This document shows, piece after piece, positions 5,101 to 6,056 of a DNA stretch of 6,056 nucleotides. The DNA is from a virus. The notes below the pieces were generated by a model. The model saw only the letters and a program-made list of their open reading frames with translations. It ran no database searches and was not told where the DNA came from. The stretch is taken from positions 1 to 6,056 of IMG/VR virus record IMGVR_UViG_3300020041_000042; one strand, 5' to 3'. The position numbers were made by a program, and so were the translations under genes. Every line of letters begins with the position of its first letter. The first letter of the stretch is position 1.

Positions 5101-6056
5101 TTAACGATTAGATAAACGGGTCGCAAATGTTTTGTTAACAAGGTTCTTCTTGCGCACGCTATAGGAGAGATTCACAAAGAAGTTATCCTCAACATTCGAC
5201 AAGAAAGGAGAATTAACCTGCGGCATATCAACAAAAAGGAGAGATGCGACATAACTAGAAGGAAGCGCAGTCCCTTTCAAGAGAGCCGAAGAATAGCGCT
5301 GCTGAACCCAATAAGAATAAAGAGGAACCGAGCCAGTACCAGAGGGACCGGAAAATACCGAAAGTTGTCCGAGCACCTCATCATACGACGACCTAAATTC
5401 GTTGTAACACGGCTCCTTGGCTATAGAAGAAACAGAAGTAGACTGGCCAAAAACATCTGTAGAAACGTCCTGATAACCGATATCATTGTAGATAGGGTTA
5501 AAATAATCAGAACCGCGATAAGTCAAATAATCAGGTCGAATGCCAGCCCAATAGTATACAGGACGAATACTAAGCATGTCAATCATATAGCCGGGTTCGC
5601 GAAAGTAATACGATTGGGAACGGCCAAGCTGGGCATTAAACGCGATCGAGCCGCCTTGCTGACCAAGAGGACCCATCGACGAATCTCCTCCAAAATTGCT
5701 AAATCCGGCTTGATTCATAACAACCTGAACGTTAACAGTCTGCGAGGCACTAAACAAGAGTTTAGGACGATCGACGTGTTCTATCTTAGACGCAAAGAAT
5801 GTTTCGAGCCAATCTGAATAACGATTACCGCCAGCGCCAAGAAGGTCTTTATACTCCTGCAAACGCGAAGCAATAGCAAGCTGAGGAATAGTAGAAACAC
5901 CAGTCATAGAAACGGCATCTGACGAACCATTAGGCAGCAGCCGACTAAAGCGATCGGGATTCGAGGGGACGACGGCCATAGGATGATACTTTAAGATGCT
6001 GCGAATCAAAGGTACTATTGCCGTGCCAGGAGTTGTAGAAAACTGGCTAGTCGGAT
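5101..6056 (-). CDS. VP1: Microviridae major capsid protein VP1, C-terminal part. The unique portion is 5101-5935; 5936-6056 repeats 1-121.
   Basis: The track ORF 5101..6009 starts at an internal TTG (Leu) codon, and the frame stays open upstream to the window end. The protein ends ...FVNLSYSVRKKNLVNKTFATRLSNR. It is followed by three tandem in-frame stops, TAA-TGA-TAA (5103->5095). Total length is 968 + 835 = 1803 nt, or 600 aa plus stop. Confidence 0.93.
   Translation of the reverse strand, partial: PTSQFSTTPGTAIVPLIRSILKYHPMAVVPSNPDRFSRLLPNGSSDAVSMTGVSTIPQLAIASRLQEYKDLLGAGGNRYSDWLETFFASKIEHVDRPKLLFSASQTVNVQVVMNQAGFSNFGGDSSMGPLGQQGGSIAFNAQLGRSQSYYFREPGYMIDMLSIRPVYYWAGIRPDYLTYRGSDYFNPIYNDIGYQDVSTDVFGQSTSVSSIAKEPCYNEFRSSYDEVLGQLSVFSGPSGTGSVPLYSYWVQQRYSSALLKGTALPSSYVASLLFVDMPQVNSPFLSNVEDNFFVNLSYSVRKKNLVNKTFATRLSNR
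5936..6056. repeat. Terminal direct repeat, copy 2, a duplicate of 1-121. The unit genome length is 5,935 nt.
   Basis: Same as copy 1. Position 5936 corresponds to position 1. Confidence 0.95.

Noticed and set aside
5082-5141. TTG starts used by the ORF track, at 5141 for the 118-aa ORF and at 2721 for the 120-aa ORF
   Set aside because: Both TTG codons lie inside the preceding gene. In-frame ATGs (5081 and 2709) sit just at or after the upstream gene's end, which fits the tight gene packing seen elsewhere in this genome.
5365-5817. A 150-aa plus-strand ORF, together with the other plus-strand ORFs 723..983, 1089..1427, 3200..3415, 3361..3582 and 3880..4128
   Set aside because: All lie antisense to well-supported genes (VP1, VP4, VP2). 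Their translations are Arg/Ile/Ser-rich and low in complexity, as is typical of antisense frames. Microviruses transcribe one strand only, and none has a plausible promoter or intergenic context.

Overview
The window is a complete circular ssDNA microvirus genome (family Microviridae, not phiX-like/Bullavirinae), linearised inside its major capsid gene. Bases 1-121 are identical to 5936-6056, so the unit genome is 5,935 nt. All credible genes lie on the minus strand of the window, which therefore has the sense of the packaged viral strand. Reading 5'->3' on that strand, the order is: Rep/VP4 (2042->972), 3 nt gap, major capsid VP1 (968->1, continuing 5935->5101; 600 aa), acidic 98-aa ORF (5081->4785), 133-nt GC-rich structured spacer, 63-aa predicted lipoprotein (4651->4460), 1 nt gap, pilot/minor capsid VP2 (4458->3082), 74-nt AT-rich spacer with a Bacteroides-type promoter match, two ORFs I cannot assign (3007->2696 and 2709->2359), a strong intrinsic terminator (2312->2278), and a small basic 66-aa ORF (2242->2042) whose stop overlaps the Rep start as TAATG. 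The three core genes (VP1, VP2, VP4) are recognisable from motifs. The more interesting parts are non-core: a stand-alone small lipoprotein or membrane protein that could be a lysis or exclusion factor, a promoter/two-ORF/terminator cassette with no recognisable function, a structured GC-rich spacer, and hydrophobic ORFs overprinted on the coding strand. No gene has a Shine-Dalgarno sequence, which together with the promoter match points tentatively to a Bacteroidota host. I found no tRNA, rRNA, CRISPR array, integrase or transposase.
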